A stretch of 64,000 bases of DNA, taken from Marmoricola sp. (GTDB taxonomy: Bacteria; Actinomycetota; Actinomycetes; Propionibacteriales; Nocardioidaceae). Position 1 is the first letter of the stretch. Each line of letters begins with the position of its first letter. Both the position numbers and the translations under genes were made by a program. Below the pieces are notes generated by a model, which was not told the origin of the DNA, ran no database searches, and worked only from the letters and a program-made list of their open reading frames with translations. Shown in pieces: positions 55,042-63,793 of the stretch. The stretch is from assembly GCA_050699415.1 (NCBI GenBank), contig JBOHDO010000135.1:112-64111 (forward strand). The letters run 5' to 3'.

Positions 55042-55816
55042 GTCGATCGAGGTGGTGCTGGTACACCCCGACCTGCTCGGGCTGTACGGGGACCGCGGCA
55101 ACGCCCTGGCCCTGCAGCACGTCGCGGCGCAGCACGGGATCGACGTCCGGGTCGTGGAGGCACCCGCAGGCGGCCCCGTCCCCCGGTCCGCGGACCTTTA
55201 CCTGGTGGGTGGGGGTGAGGACGGCTCGATGTTGCTGTCGTACCGGCTGCTCCTCGAGGACGGCGGGCTCGGTACCGCGCTGGAGCATGGCGCGCCCTGC
55301 CTGGCCGTGTGCGCGGGCTTCCAGATCCTGGCGGAGCGCTTCGTGGGCCCGGACGGCGTCAGCCGTGCGGGCCTCGGGGTCCTGGACGTCGATTGCCCGA
55401 GGCTCCCGGGGAACCGGGCCGTCGGGGACGTGGTCGCCCGGGGCACGGGGCCGGTCGCCGACCCGATCCTCGGCTTCGAGAACCACCAGGGCGGGGCCGT
55501 GCTCGGTCCCGCGGCGCGCCCGCTCGGCCGGGTGGAGGTGGGGGTCGGCAACGGCTTCTCCCAGCACGAGGGAGCAGTGCAGGGCGCCGTTGTCGCGACG
55601 TACCTGCACGGACCCGTCCTGGCGTTCAACCCCCAGCTCAGCAACCACCTCCTGAAGCTGGTGCTCGGTCGACCCCTGCCGCCCTCCGACGAGCCGTCGG
55701 TGACACGGCTGCGACGAGAGCGCCTGCGGGCGGCCGGGCCCCTGGGCGCCATGGGCCACCCGTGGAGGCACCGCAGGAGGACGGGAGCACGACCAGTTGC
55801 CCAGCACGGTGACTGA
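55031..55816 (+). CDS. gatD: Lipid II isoglutaminyl synthase glutaminase subunit GatD
   Basis: LYGDRGN, GGGED, VCAGFQ (Cys), GFENH, TYLHGP (His). Confidence 0.9.
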   Translation: MPHESIEVVLVHPDLLGLYGDRGNALALQHVAAQHGIDVRVVEAPAGGPVPRSADLYLVGGGEDGSMLLSYRLLLEDGGLGTALEHGAPCLAVCAGFQILAERFVGPDGVSRAGLGVLDVDCPRLPGNRAVGDVVARGTGPVADPILGFENHQGGAVLGPAARPLGRVEVGVGNGFSQHEGAVQGAVVATYLHGPVLAFNPQLSNHLLKLVLGRPLPPSDEPSVTRLRRERLRAAGPLGAMGHPWRHRRRTGARPVAQHGD

Positions 55817-56031
55817 CGCCTGCCCGGGCCAACCGGGCACAGCACCCCCTCCGAGCGGGACCTGGCCGAGCAAACCGACAGCCGTCGAAGTCGCCATCCG
55901 GCGCGGACGATGCCCGTCGATCACCGGGCGCCCGACGCTCAGTGGACGACGGGGGCGGGGTCTGGCGGATGGGAAAGCCGGTCGGCCACGGAGCGGTGGT
56001 TCGGCCGAGCCTCGCCGGTAACCTTCGGCCC

Positions 56032-56544
56032 GTGGTGGCGACGTACATCAGCCCGAAGGCCCGCAAGGGTGACCCGAGCGGCATCGCGGGCCGGGGCCTG
56101 CGCGCCCTCGAGCCCATCGACGCCGGCGAGGTGGTGGCCGTCAAGGGCGGCCACATCGTGACCACCCAGACGTTGCACGCGCTGCCCGACCCACTGCCGA
56201 ACTCCGAGATCCAGATCGCCGACGGCCTGCACCTGGCCGCCCTGTCCGAGGCCGAGTACGAGCAGTCAATGCTGTTCCTCAACCACTCCTGCGAGCCCAA
56301 CGTCGGTTTCGGCGGCAACATCGTGCTGGTCGCCATGCGTGCAGTCCGGGCCGGTGAAGAGCTGACGACCGACTACGCGATGTTCGACGACCACGACGGG
56401 CAGATGGCCTGCAACTGCGGCACGACGTGCTGTCGGCGCACGATCCACGGCCACGACTGGCAGCGCGACGATCTGCAGGCCCGGTACCGCGGCTACTTCT
56501 CCTGGTATCTCCAGGCCAGGATCGACGCGCAGCAGCAGCTTTGA
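56032..56544 (+). CDS. SET-domain protein with a post-SET Cys cluster
   Basis: GRGLRA, FLNHSCEPN, GEELTTDY, CNCGTTCCR. -10 TAACCT 7 nt before GTG 56032. Confidence 0.9.
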   Translation: MVATYISPKARKGDPSGIAGRGLRALEPIDAGEVVAVKGGHIVTTQTLHALPDPLPNSEIQIADGLHLAALSEAEYEQSMLFLNHSCEPNVGFGGNIVLVAMRAVRAGEELTTDYAMFDDHDGQMACNCGTTCCRRTIHGHDWQRDDLQARYRGYFSWYLQARIDAQQQL

Positions 56545-56590
56545 CCGCTAGTTGTTGTGGACCGAGGTCGGGGCCGGCGGGGGTCGGCTG

Positions 56591-57397
56591 CTACGTCGCG
56601 GCGTCCAGAATGTACGGCGTTGTGGTCGCCACCGCCCGCAGGCCCAGGCGCACCAGGATGGGCCGCGAGTCCGGTGAGGTGTCCAGCCGCACGAACTGAT
56701 AGCCCCGGTCGCGAGCGAGCCTGGCCCGGTGGGCGACGGTGGCGCGATACAAGCCCCTGCGTCGCCATCCGGCCAACGTCGAGCCGCCCCACATGCTGGC
56801 GAAGTCCGTGCCGATCGAGTACCGCAGCCAGCTGGCACAGAGCACCGGCCCCTCCGCCGACTCTTCGACGACGACCACGTCCAGAGCGTCGGGATTCGCC
56901 CGCATCTCCCGCGTCAGCGACCCCTCGCCGCAGTTCTGCCCCCAGACCGCCACCATCAGCTCGTCGACTCGGGCCAGGTCGGCATCGCTGGTTACCGCCC
57001 GGGCCTGCACTCCCGGTGACAGATCGACGTCGTGAACGAGCCCGCCGACTTCGCCGAGCAACAGCGTCTCGGGGCTCTCGGCCACGAAGCTCGCCTTCGT
57101 CAGCCGGTCGGTGAGGTCCATGGGCTCGTCGTATGAGTAGGTCTTCCACTCCACCCTCTCGTGCCGCCCGGCGAAGAAGTCCACCTGGCGGGCGATCGCG
57201 TGGTCGGGGTCGTCGCCGAGGCCGCGGGGGCACTCGACCATGCAGTACGACGTGCCGGGCTGCTCCGGGTACCGGCGTACGACGAGGCCGTCGGTGTCCT
57301 GCACGACTCCCTCGGTCGGCTCGTCCGCCCGGCCCCGGAGCCGGATCTGGCGATGAAACTGCTCAAGCAGGTGCTGGTCGCTAAGTTCAGGTGTCAT
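56591..57397 (-). CDS. GNAT-family N-acetyltransferase
   Basis: VEWKTYSYD and acetyl-CoA motif WGGSTLAGWRRRGLYRA, followed by SRPILVRLG. Confidence 0.88.
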   Translation of the reverse strand: MTPELSDQHLLEQFHRQIRLRGRADEPTEGVVQDTDGLVVRRYPEQPGTSYCMVECPRGLGDDPDHAIARQVDFFAGRHERVEWKTYSYDEPMDLTDRLTKASFVAESPETLLLGEVGGLVHDVDLSPGVQARAVTSDADLARVDELMVAVWGQNCGEGSLTREMRANPDALDVVVVEESAEGPVLCASWLRYSIGTDFASMWGGSTLAGWRRRGLYRATVAHRARLARDRGYQFVRLDTSPDSRPILVRLGLRAVATTTPYILDAAT

Positions 57398-57475
57398 CGG
57401 CGCGAAGCGAACCACGTGGCCGCAGACGACGGCAAACACATTCCCGCAGAGCGATTCCCTCAGCGGCGCTCGAAT

Positions 57476-57631
57476 GATCAGGTCGACGACGGACCGGGGA
57501 CCGTTGGCCCTTGCAAGCGTGGCATCGCAAGTGATCAGCGGGCTGTCGAGACGTTCGGCCAGCGCCACGTACGCGGCGTCGTATGCGGTGAGGTTGTCGC
57601 GCAACTCCCAGACACGCTGCAGCAGTGGTGC
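57476..57631 (-). pseudogene. C-terminal half of a VapC/PIN toxin
   Basis: PLLQRVWELRDNLTAYDAAYVALAERLDSPLITCD is the classic VapC C-half. The N-half and the antitoxin are absent. Confidence 0.8.
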
Positions 57632-57657
57632 TTCTCTCTCGCGGTAGCGTTGCGGCC

Positions 57658-58044
57658 GTGGCGAGCACCGCACGAGGCACCTTCGAGATCACGATGACTC
57701 CGAGCGCGGCGGAGATCGATGGCGCCGTCGGTCGCCTCGACTTCACCAAGACCTGGCGTGGCGATCTGCAGGGCTCGGGATCGGGTGTGCTGCTCTCGTG
57801 CGGAGACCCGCAGGCCGGTGAAGCCGGCTACGTCGCGATCGAGAGGGTCGACGGCCGTCTTGGCGACCGGGATGGCGGATTCGCCTTCCAGCAGTCGGGG
57901 TCCATGCACGGTGGCTCACAGGCCCTGCACTACGACGTGATCCCGGGCTCAGGCCGAGATGCGCTCGAAGGGATCGTCGGCACGTTGCAGCTCACCATCG
58001 ATGACGACGGCATCCACCGCTACGAGCTCGAGTACGAGGGCTGA
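57658..58044 (+). CDS. DUF3224 family protein
   Basis: ARGTFEI, GDLQGSG, AGYVAIERVDG, F.FQQSG, VIPGSG. -10 TAGCGT 7 nt before GTG. Confidence 0.85.
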   Translation: MASTARGTFEITMTPSAAEIDGAVGRLDFTKTWRGDLQGSGSGVLLSCGDPQAGEAGYVAIERVDGRLGDRDGGFAFQQSGSMHGGSQALHYDVIPGSGRDALEGIVGTLQLTIDDDGIHRYELEYEG

Positions 58045-58106
58045 CCCGAGCTGCAAGTGCCCGAACAGCGATCGGCTACCGGCGCAGATCCGGTTGCCCG
58101 AGTGCG

Positions 58107-58575
58107 TTGGAGCCCATCGAGGACGTCTGCTCGGAATGCGGCTTCGACTGGTCTGTCGGCCGAGACGACTGCGTCGCAATCGTCCGGCGTGCCCCCGGCG
58201 GTGTTGCCACTGCGATCCACTCCTTGGCGGACCCCACAGAACAGCACGGGTCGAGATGGTCATCCTCGATGGATGTCTGGCACCTCGTTGATGTGCTGCG
58301 TACTGGGACCGAACGCGTGCTCACGATCCGGCTCGATCCGGCCAGCGGCATTCCGTACTGGGACGAGAATCGGCTCGCTGAAGCGCGCCGTCACGGGCAA
58401 CTCTCGGTGCCCGTCGGGCTGAATGCCTGGCCGCCGCCGTGGACAGGTGGCTGGTGGCGGCCGACGAGACACCGAACCCGAAGTCGAGCACCCGGTGTTC
58501 GGGACCAGGACCAGGGGGCCGGCGTCCGCGGAGGTTCCTAGTGCGACACGCCGCCGTCGGCACCAGCTATCCGCT
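58107..58575 (+). pseudogene. DinB-like protein, apparently frameshifted twice
   Basis: CSECGFD, WSSSMDVWHLVDV, PYWDE, then LAAAVDRWL and EHPVFG in different frames. Confidence 0.55.
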
Positions 58576-59185
58576 GTGCCAGTGTGGCCAGACCAGGGCC
58601 GCTGAGATCCGCCAGTCCCTGCCGTCGCCCCGCGAGAGCAACGAGGAGCGCCTCCCCGGGGCCATGCACCTCAGGCCCTGTTCCGTGGGTCCAGTCGACG
58701 TCGGTCGCGACCACTCGGAGGCCGCGAAGATTTGCCGGCGCCGGCAGCGCCCGCGCGCGGGGCGTGAACCTCAACGCCGCGACCAGTCGCTCCTCGGGCA
58801 CCGTCCGTGGGTGACCGAGCGCCCGGCGGATGTCCTGATGATGGATGATCCCGTCGGTGAGCGCGATGCCACTGCCGAACATCGCGGTGATGCCGCGGGG
58901 GACTGCATGGGTGCGCAGCCTCACCACCAGCTGCTCGGCGCTGAGCCGGCGGCTCTGCTCGACGCCGACCTGGTTACAGCGGGCCAGCGAGAACCTCGAC
59001 CGGGCGAACAGCGCCAGCACCGCAGGCCAGCTGAGCTCGTCGTAGCTGGGCACGTGTCCCACCACGTCGCGCACCGACCAACCGGGACACAGCGAGGGCT
59101 GCCCCCACTGATCCCCGGTGAGGGTGTCGAGGTAGTCGGCCAGGTCGCGACGTTCGGCGGTCGCCAGATCCCTGAGGTTCGCCAT
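58538..59185 (-). CDS. Maleylpyruvate-isomerase-family mycothiol-dependent enzyme (DinB superfamily)
   Basis: ERRDLADYL, PSLCPGWSVRDVVGH, HHQDIRRAL, ATDVDW..G.GPEVHG. Confidence 0.9.
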   Translation of the reverse strand: MANLRDLATAERRDLADYLDTLTGDQWGQPSLCPGWSVRDVVGHVPSYDELSWPAVLALFARSRFSLARCNQVGVEQSRRLSAEQLVVRLRTHAVPRGITAMFGSGIALTDGIIHHQDIRRALGHPRTVPEERLVAALRFTPRARALPAPANLRGLRVVATDVDWTHGTGPEVHGPGEALLVALAGRRQGLADLSGPGLATLAQRIAGADGGVSH

Positions 59186-59257
59186 GGCCAGAGTCTCGCA
59201 CCAAACCAGATACCACCCGGAGAAGCTTCGCCGGCGGGTCCGCGAGTGGCCCGATGC

Positions 59258-59305
59258 GGACGAGCGGTCTTTCATGGTGTGGACGAGCGGTCTTCATGGT
59301 GTGGA
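59258..59305. repeat. Tandem duplication of 22-23 bp
   Basis: GGACGAGCGGTCTTTCATGGTGT (59258-59280) then GGACGAGCGGTCTTCATGGTGT (59281-59302), followed by GGA. Confidence 0.9.
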
Positions 59306-60001
59306 TGGCGGTGGTGTGTTGGCGTGCTGATGTTCGGCCATGATCCGGTTGCCGGCCGTGCGGTAGTGCTTGACCATGACGAAGGTCAGCAAGAGTGCCA
59401 CGGCGGTGGCGATGAACGGCAGGATCTGGGTCCAGGTGTAGGCGGTGTCGAACCCCAGGGAGTGGATCAGGTAGGCCTTGCCGATCGCCTCGGCCAGGAA
59501 GATGATCGCCCACACCGCGGTACAGGCGTACTGGGCCCGGCGGAACAGTGGATACTGCCACAACTGGTCGAAGCGTTCCATCCCCTGGTGGGTGCCGTCG
59601 GTTCCGTAGCGTTGACCGAAGTAGAACGCCAGCGGCCGGGGGAACAGCATCGAACCCGCGAAGATCAGTCCCACCAGCCCGGTCACCACCGCGTCCTTGT
59701 ACAACAACATTGCGGGGGTCCGGCTGCCCACGACCACGGCCACCGCCGACAGCACCGTGAAGGCAAGGACCGCCATCGAGGCGCCACTGAGCTCACGGGC
59801 CCGTAGCCACACGACGAGGCTGCCCAACAGGGGACCGATGCAGCCGATGAAGTAGGCCACCGCCTCACTGGCGCCCGTCCGCCTGGCCAAGTCGAAGGCG
59901 ACGATGGCCACCACCACGTCGATGACGGTCACGACGATGTTGAAGATGACACCGTTGCGTCGGCGCCGCCGGCCCCCATCGTCGAAGGGCTGCTCTGTCA
60001 C
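59294..60001 (-). CDS. VC0807-family membrane protein
   Basis: About six TM segments, KDAVVTG, RPLAFYF, FRRAQ...TAVWA. GTG start inferred. Confidence 0.8.
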   Translation of the reverse strand: MTEQPFDDGGRRRRRNGVIFNIVVTVIDVVVAIVAFDLARRTGASEAVAYFIGCIGPLLGSLVVWLRARELSGASMAVLAFTVLSAVAVVVGSRTPAMLLYKDAVVTGLVGLIFAGSMLFPRPLAFYFGQRYGTDGTHQGMERFDQLWQYPLFRRAQYACTAVWAIIFLAEAIGKAYLIHSLGFDTAYTWTQILPFIATAVALLLTFVMVKHYRTAGNRIMAEHQHANTPPPSTP

Positions 60002-60230
60002 ATCCCCATTGTCGGTCCTGGCGGTGAGACACTCCAGCGCGACGGGGTATACCCGTCCACCGTCACGGTGGCCACCACCACACCAAGCGCCACGGGGGTG
60101 GCCCACCGGGCTGGCTTGGTCGCCGCCGAGAGCGCCGGTCGGCGATGCTGCGTGTTCGCCACGCTCGATACCTGGCCACGGGCGGCTGGCCGACTGAGGT
60201 CGGACGTTTGAAGGGGCTCTGCTGGATCGA

Positions 60231-60267
60231 CGACAACCTTGGTTGACGCGACAACCCATGGTTGTCG
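60231..60267. promoter_or_regulatory. Two adjacent related palindromes (orphan operator-like)
   Basis: CGACAACC-TT-GGTTGACG and CGACAACC-CAT-GGTTGTCG, 18 bp apart. Confidence 0.45.
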
Positions 60268-60559
60268 TACTCGCTCCATGACAAAGTCACCGCATGATCA
60301 GCGGCGGACTGCAGCGGCTCGCAGAGCGGCTTCCCGAGGGCGATCAACCCGGCTGATGCCGAGGAGCTGCCTCCCAGTTGGTCTCGCCGACCGGGCACGA
60401 CGCCGCCCTTAGAGCGGCATGGGCGCGTCATCGCCGCAGGTCCGATCGAGGTGTCATGTAGTCCTTCTCCAGAGCCACAGTCGATCTCGTTCTGACTCCA
60501 TTCCCGGACCTCGACCGAACGATGTATACCAATCGTCAGGTACCTGATATGTTTGTCTG

Positions 60560-61024
60560 GTGCCAGACAGACAGGAGTGGGATGCGCGCGACGCAGCGGG
60601 GATGGCAGCGAAACAGTTCGTTGCTGCCAGTCGAGCGGCGATGGAAGCGATCCTGAGGCCGTACGGGTTGGGCGGCACACAGTGGTGGGTCGTCGCGCAG
60701 CTCGCGCTCGAGGGACAGCTGCGGCAGCGTGATCTCGCGGTCGCCATGCACGTGGAGCGGGCGACGGTGAGCGAGATCGTGCTGACGCTGGTGCGCAAGG
60801 GCATGGTGGAACAGCGCATCGATCCCGCGGACCAGCGGCAGAAAGTGCTGCACCTGACCGAAGCCGGCCAGGCGTTGCATGCAGCGATGCCGAATCCGAT
60901 GGAGCAGCTGTACGAGGTCGCCTTCGCCGGCTGCCCTACCGAGGAACTCACAGCGACGGCGCGCGTGCTGCAGGCAGCAGCCGCGCGCCTCGAAGACACG
61001 CGCCGAGAAGGAGACAAGGAATGA
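60560..61024 (+). CDS. MarR-family transcriptional regulator
   Basis: QRDLA..MHVERATVS..V..LVRKG.V...DPADQRQK..LTEAG. Confidence 0.9.
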   Translation: MPDRQEWDARDAAGMAAKQFVAASRAAMEAILRPYGLGGTQWWVVAQLALEGQLRQRDLAVAMHVERATVSEIVLTLVRKGMVEQRIDPADQRQKVLHLTEAGQALHAAMPNPMEQLYEVAFAGCPTEELTATARVLQAAAARLEDTRREGDKE

Positions 61025-61836
61025 CGGTGCTGGTGACCGGTGCGACCGGGCTGGTAGGGCCGCGGCTGCTGCGGCGGCTGACGCGGGCAGGAGTTGAGTG
61101 CCGAGCGCTGGTGCGCCCCGGTCGGAAGCTGCCCGACGGCGTGGAGCGGATCGAGGGCGATCTGGACGATGCCGCTTCGCTGAGACGCGCCGCGCAGGGC
61201 GTGACAGCCGTGGTGCACCTGGCCGCGGTGTTTCGTACGTCTGACGAGCAGGCGATCTGGCGGGTCAACCTGGAAGGCACGAAGCGGTTGATCGCCGCGG
61301 TGCAGCAGGTGGCGTCGAAACCACGGTTCGTCTTGGCCAGCACCAGCAACGTCTACGCCGCGGATCTTGACCGTCCGGCGCGAGAGGGTGACCGGACTTC
61401 GACGGAGCACGCGTACCCGGCCAGCAAGTTGGCAGCCGAGGCGGAGTTGCAGACCAGTGGCCTGACCTGGGCGGTGTTGCGATTCCCGTTCGTCTACGGC
61501 GACGGCGACGGCCACCTCGAGGCGACACCACCACTGCTGGCGCAGATGGGGCGACACCCGGCGCAGCGGTTTAGCGTGCTCCACCACGATGACCTGGCCG
61601 CTGGGGTTCAGCTCGCCCTGGAAGGGGCTATGGACGGCAGGATCGTCAACCTGGCAGACGACGCTCCGCTCTCGGTCTACGAGATGGCGCGCCTGGCCAG
61701 CCTGACCTATGAGCCGTCGTCGGAACCTCTCGAGAACCCGTGGCAAGGCCAGGTCGACACGTCGCTGGCCACCGAGCTGGGCTTCCGCGTGCAGGTGCCC
61801 ACCGCGCAGCAGGCCAGTCGCGACCACCAGCTCTGA
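61021..61836 (+). CDS. NAD-dependent epimerase/dehydratase (extended SDR)
   Basis: VTGATGLVG, VVHLAA, YPASK (YxxxK), RFPFVYG. ATGA overlap with MarR. Confidence 0.92.
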   Translation: MTVLVTGATGLVGPRLLRRLTRAGVECRALVRPGRKLPDGVERIEGDLDDAASLRRAAQGVTAVVHLAAVFRTSDEQAIWRVNLEGTKRLIAAVQQVASKPRFVLASTSNVYAADLDRPAREGDRTSTEHAYPASKLAAEAELQTSGLTWAVLRFPFVYGDGDGHLEATPPLLAQMGRHPAQRFSVLHHDDLAAGVQLALEGAMDGRIVNLADDAPLSVYEMARLASLTYEPSSEPLENPWQGQVDTSLATELGFRVQVPTAQQASRDHQL

Positions 61837-61979
61837 CTGACCAGCAAACGCACCGCGCTCAGCGGTCAGCCGACATACTAGAAACGGACACGCACGAATA
61901 CGTGCGAGGCGTTCATACGGTCGCGGTCACGGGCTGCGGCGCCAACGGGCTCGGCCGCGTGCCCTCCGCCGCCGGCTGA

Positions 61980-62405
61980 TCAATGGCCCGCCGAGATGGC
62001 GGACGGAGGCTCGCCGCCTCCCTCGTCGTTCATGAAGGCGGCGGTTCGGGCAGCAAGGTAGGCGTGCAGCGCTACGAACACCAGCATGAACAGTGCCCAC
62101 AGCGAGTATCGGCACAGAAGGGCGGTGAGGATCATCAGCCAGATCCCGACGAGGATCCTGGTGGTGATCACCCCACGGGGGTGCCGACGAGCGAAGCTGC
62201 CCGGTGGAGGGCCCTGCCGCAGGCGGCTCGGCGCCGCGTGGTACAGCAAGTTCACGACCTCCGCGGGGCGCGGCCAGCGCTGGCCGTCGCGTGCGCCGGC
62301 CATGAGCACCGTCAGCATCTCGTCCTCTCGTTCGCGCCGGAAGTCCCTCGAGTACAGGGCCAGCAGGCGCCGATAGCGGCGCTCGAGCGTCCCGGATGCA
62401 GTCAT
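61980..62405 (-). CDS. PadR-associated hypothetical membrane protein
   Basis: LERRYRRLLALY...REDEML.VL, followed by two TM helices. ATGA overlap with padR. Confidence 0.75.
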   Translation of the reverse strand: MTASGTLERRYRRLLALYSRDFRREREDEMLTVLMAGARDGQRWPRPAEVVNLLYHAAPSRLRQGPPPGSFARRHPRGVITTRILVGIWLMILTALLCRYSLWALFMLVFVALHAYLAARTAAFMNDEGGGEPPSAISAGH

Positions 62406-62746
62406 GTCGTTGCCACCCCACCATGAGGGTTGATCCGCAGCCTCGACATCGCAGCGTCGGCGTTCGCGCGCAGGCGCGCAGCTTCCTCGGCGAGCCGCTC
62501 GCCGCCGGCTGGGGTCAGCCGGTAGTAGCGTCGCAGGCGGCTGTCGACGATCTCCTCGCAGTCGACCTCGATCAGCCCCTCCCCGGACAAGCGTTCGAGC
62601 GCCGTGTACAGCGTGCCGGCACCGAGCCTGACGCGACGGTGGGAGATTTGCTCGACGTCGGTGATGATCCCGTAACCATGCTGGCTGCCAGCCGCGAGCG
62701 CGGTGAGGATGAGAAACGTCGTCTCGTGAACGGCCCGCCTACTCAT
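62402..62746 (-). CDS. PadR-family transcriptional regulator
   Basis: HGYGII, GAGTLYTALERL, RRYYRLTPAG. TATAAT -10 8 nt before the ATG. Confidence 0.93.
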   Translation of the reverse strand: MSRRAVHETTFLILTALAAGSQHGYGIITDVEQISHRRVRLGAGTLYTALERLSGEGLIEVDCEEIVDSRLRRYYRLTPAGGERLAEEAARLRANADAAMSRLRINPHGGVATT

Positions 62747-63097
62747 GCTGCAGTATTATATCGATCAACGGAATATAACAATAGTCAATGCTACGGGTAG
62801 GGGACCCGGCCCGGTTCGGCCGGTCCGTTGCGGCGCGCGCCGAGGCGAACTGGCGGCACCCATCCTGCAGGGACGGCCGCAAGACGGCGCGGAGGTGAAC
62901 GAAGCCCCCGCGTGTCGCCACGAGAACGTCCCGCCCGGCCCCCGCACGCGATCGGCTATCGGGTTTCTGCGACCTGTATGCGCTGCGGCGGGACGCTGCG
63001 TTGGAGCGTGGATGTCCACCCGTGTGTCGATCGTCTTGTCGACTCCGCAAGCGCCACAGTTGGCCAGCGGAATAGTGATCGACCCACACACGCCAGT

Positions 63098-63793
63098 TCA
63101 GCGAGGATCGGTGAACGTGCCCGGGCTCTGGTCCGTGGCGCTCCACTCGGGCGCGCGGTTCGGACTCGCGTCGGCCAGGCCGCGGGTGACGCCCTCCTTG
63201 TCGCGGTCGGTGGTGTAGACGGGGCTGCCTGGTTGCTGGTGCCACGACTCCTCCAGGTCCCCGGCATCCACGGGATCGAAGCCGAGCTCGTCGACCAGGT
63301 CGACCACGACCTGTTTCGCGGCGGGGTCATCGCCCGACACTGGCAGCGCGATGCGGCCCGGTGTGCCGGCGGGCTTGCCGTTGCTGAGCAGGTGGTCGGC
63401 GTAGATGTTGTTGAACGCCTTGACGACCGGGTGATCGAGCTGCTGCTCCACCCACCGGCTTTCGGGCACACCTGCCTCGATAGCTGCGATCCGGCCGTCG
63501 CGCTGGCGCGGATAGTAGTTGCCGGTGTCCACCACCACGGTGTCGTCATGAGGCCCGGCGAACAGGCCGTTGGGCAGTTCAAGAACCTGCGCCTCGGGGA
63601 TGGTGAGGACGACGAGCTGCTTGCCCTTGGCCGCCTGCTGCGCGGCGACAGCGGTAGCGCCGGTCTCGCCGGCCAGGTCCTGCAGCGTCTCCGGGCTGCG
63701 GGAGTTCGCAACCTCAACCTCGTGCCCGAGCTGGGTGAGCCGGCGCGTCAGCGTGCCACCAATGTTGCCCGCTCCGATGATGCCAATCTTCAT
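63098..63793 (-). CDS. NADP oxidoreductase, F420-dependent family
   Basis: IGIIGAGNIG, VANSR, VVDTGNY, VVKAFN, GFDPVDAG, QPGSP. Confidence 0.9.
   Translation of the reverse strand: MKIGIIGAGNIGGTLTRRLTQLGHEVEVANSRSPETLQDLAGETGATAVAAQQAAKGKQLVVLTIPEAQVLELPNGLFAGPHDDTVVVDTGNYYPRQRDGRIAAIEAGVPESRWVEQQLDHPVVKAFNNIYADHLLSNGKPAGTPGRIALPVSGDDPAAKQVVVDLVDELGFDPVDAGDLEESWHQQPGSPVYTTDRDKEGVTRGLADASPNRAPEWSATDQSPGTFTDPR

Noticed and set aside
55817-56031. N-terminal extension of the SET protein from ATG 55942
   Set aside because: The extension is low complexity, and a -10 box 7 nt before GTG 56032 favours the shorter leaderless start.
62790-63097. Possible gene relic (e.g. NCGACG or RVWVDHYSAGQLW frames)
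   Set aside because: No recognisable family in any frame; it needs tBLASTx before any call.
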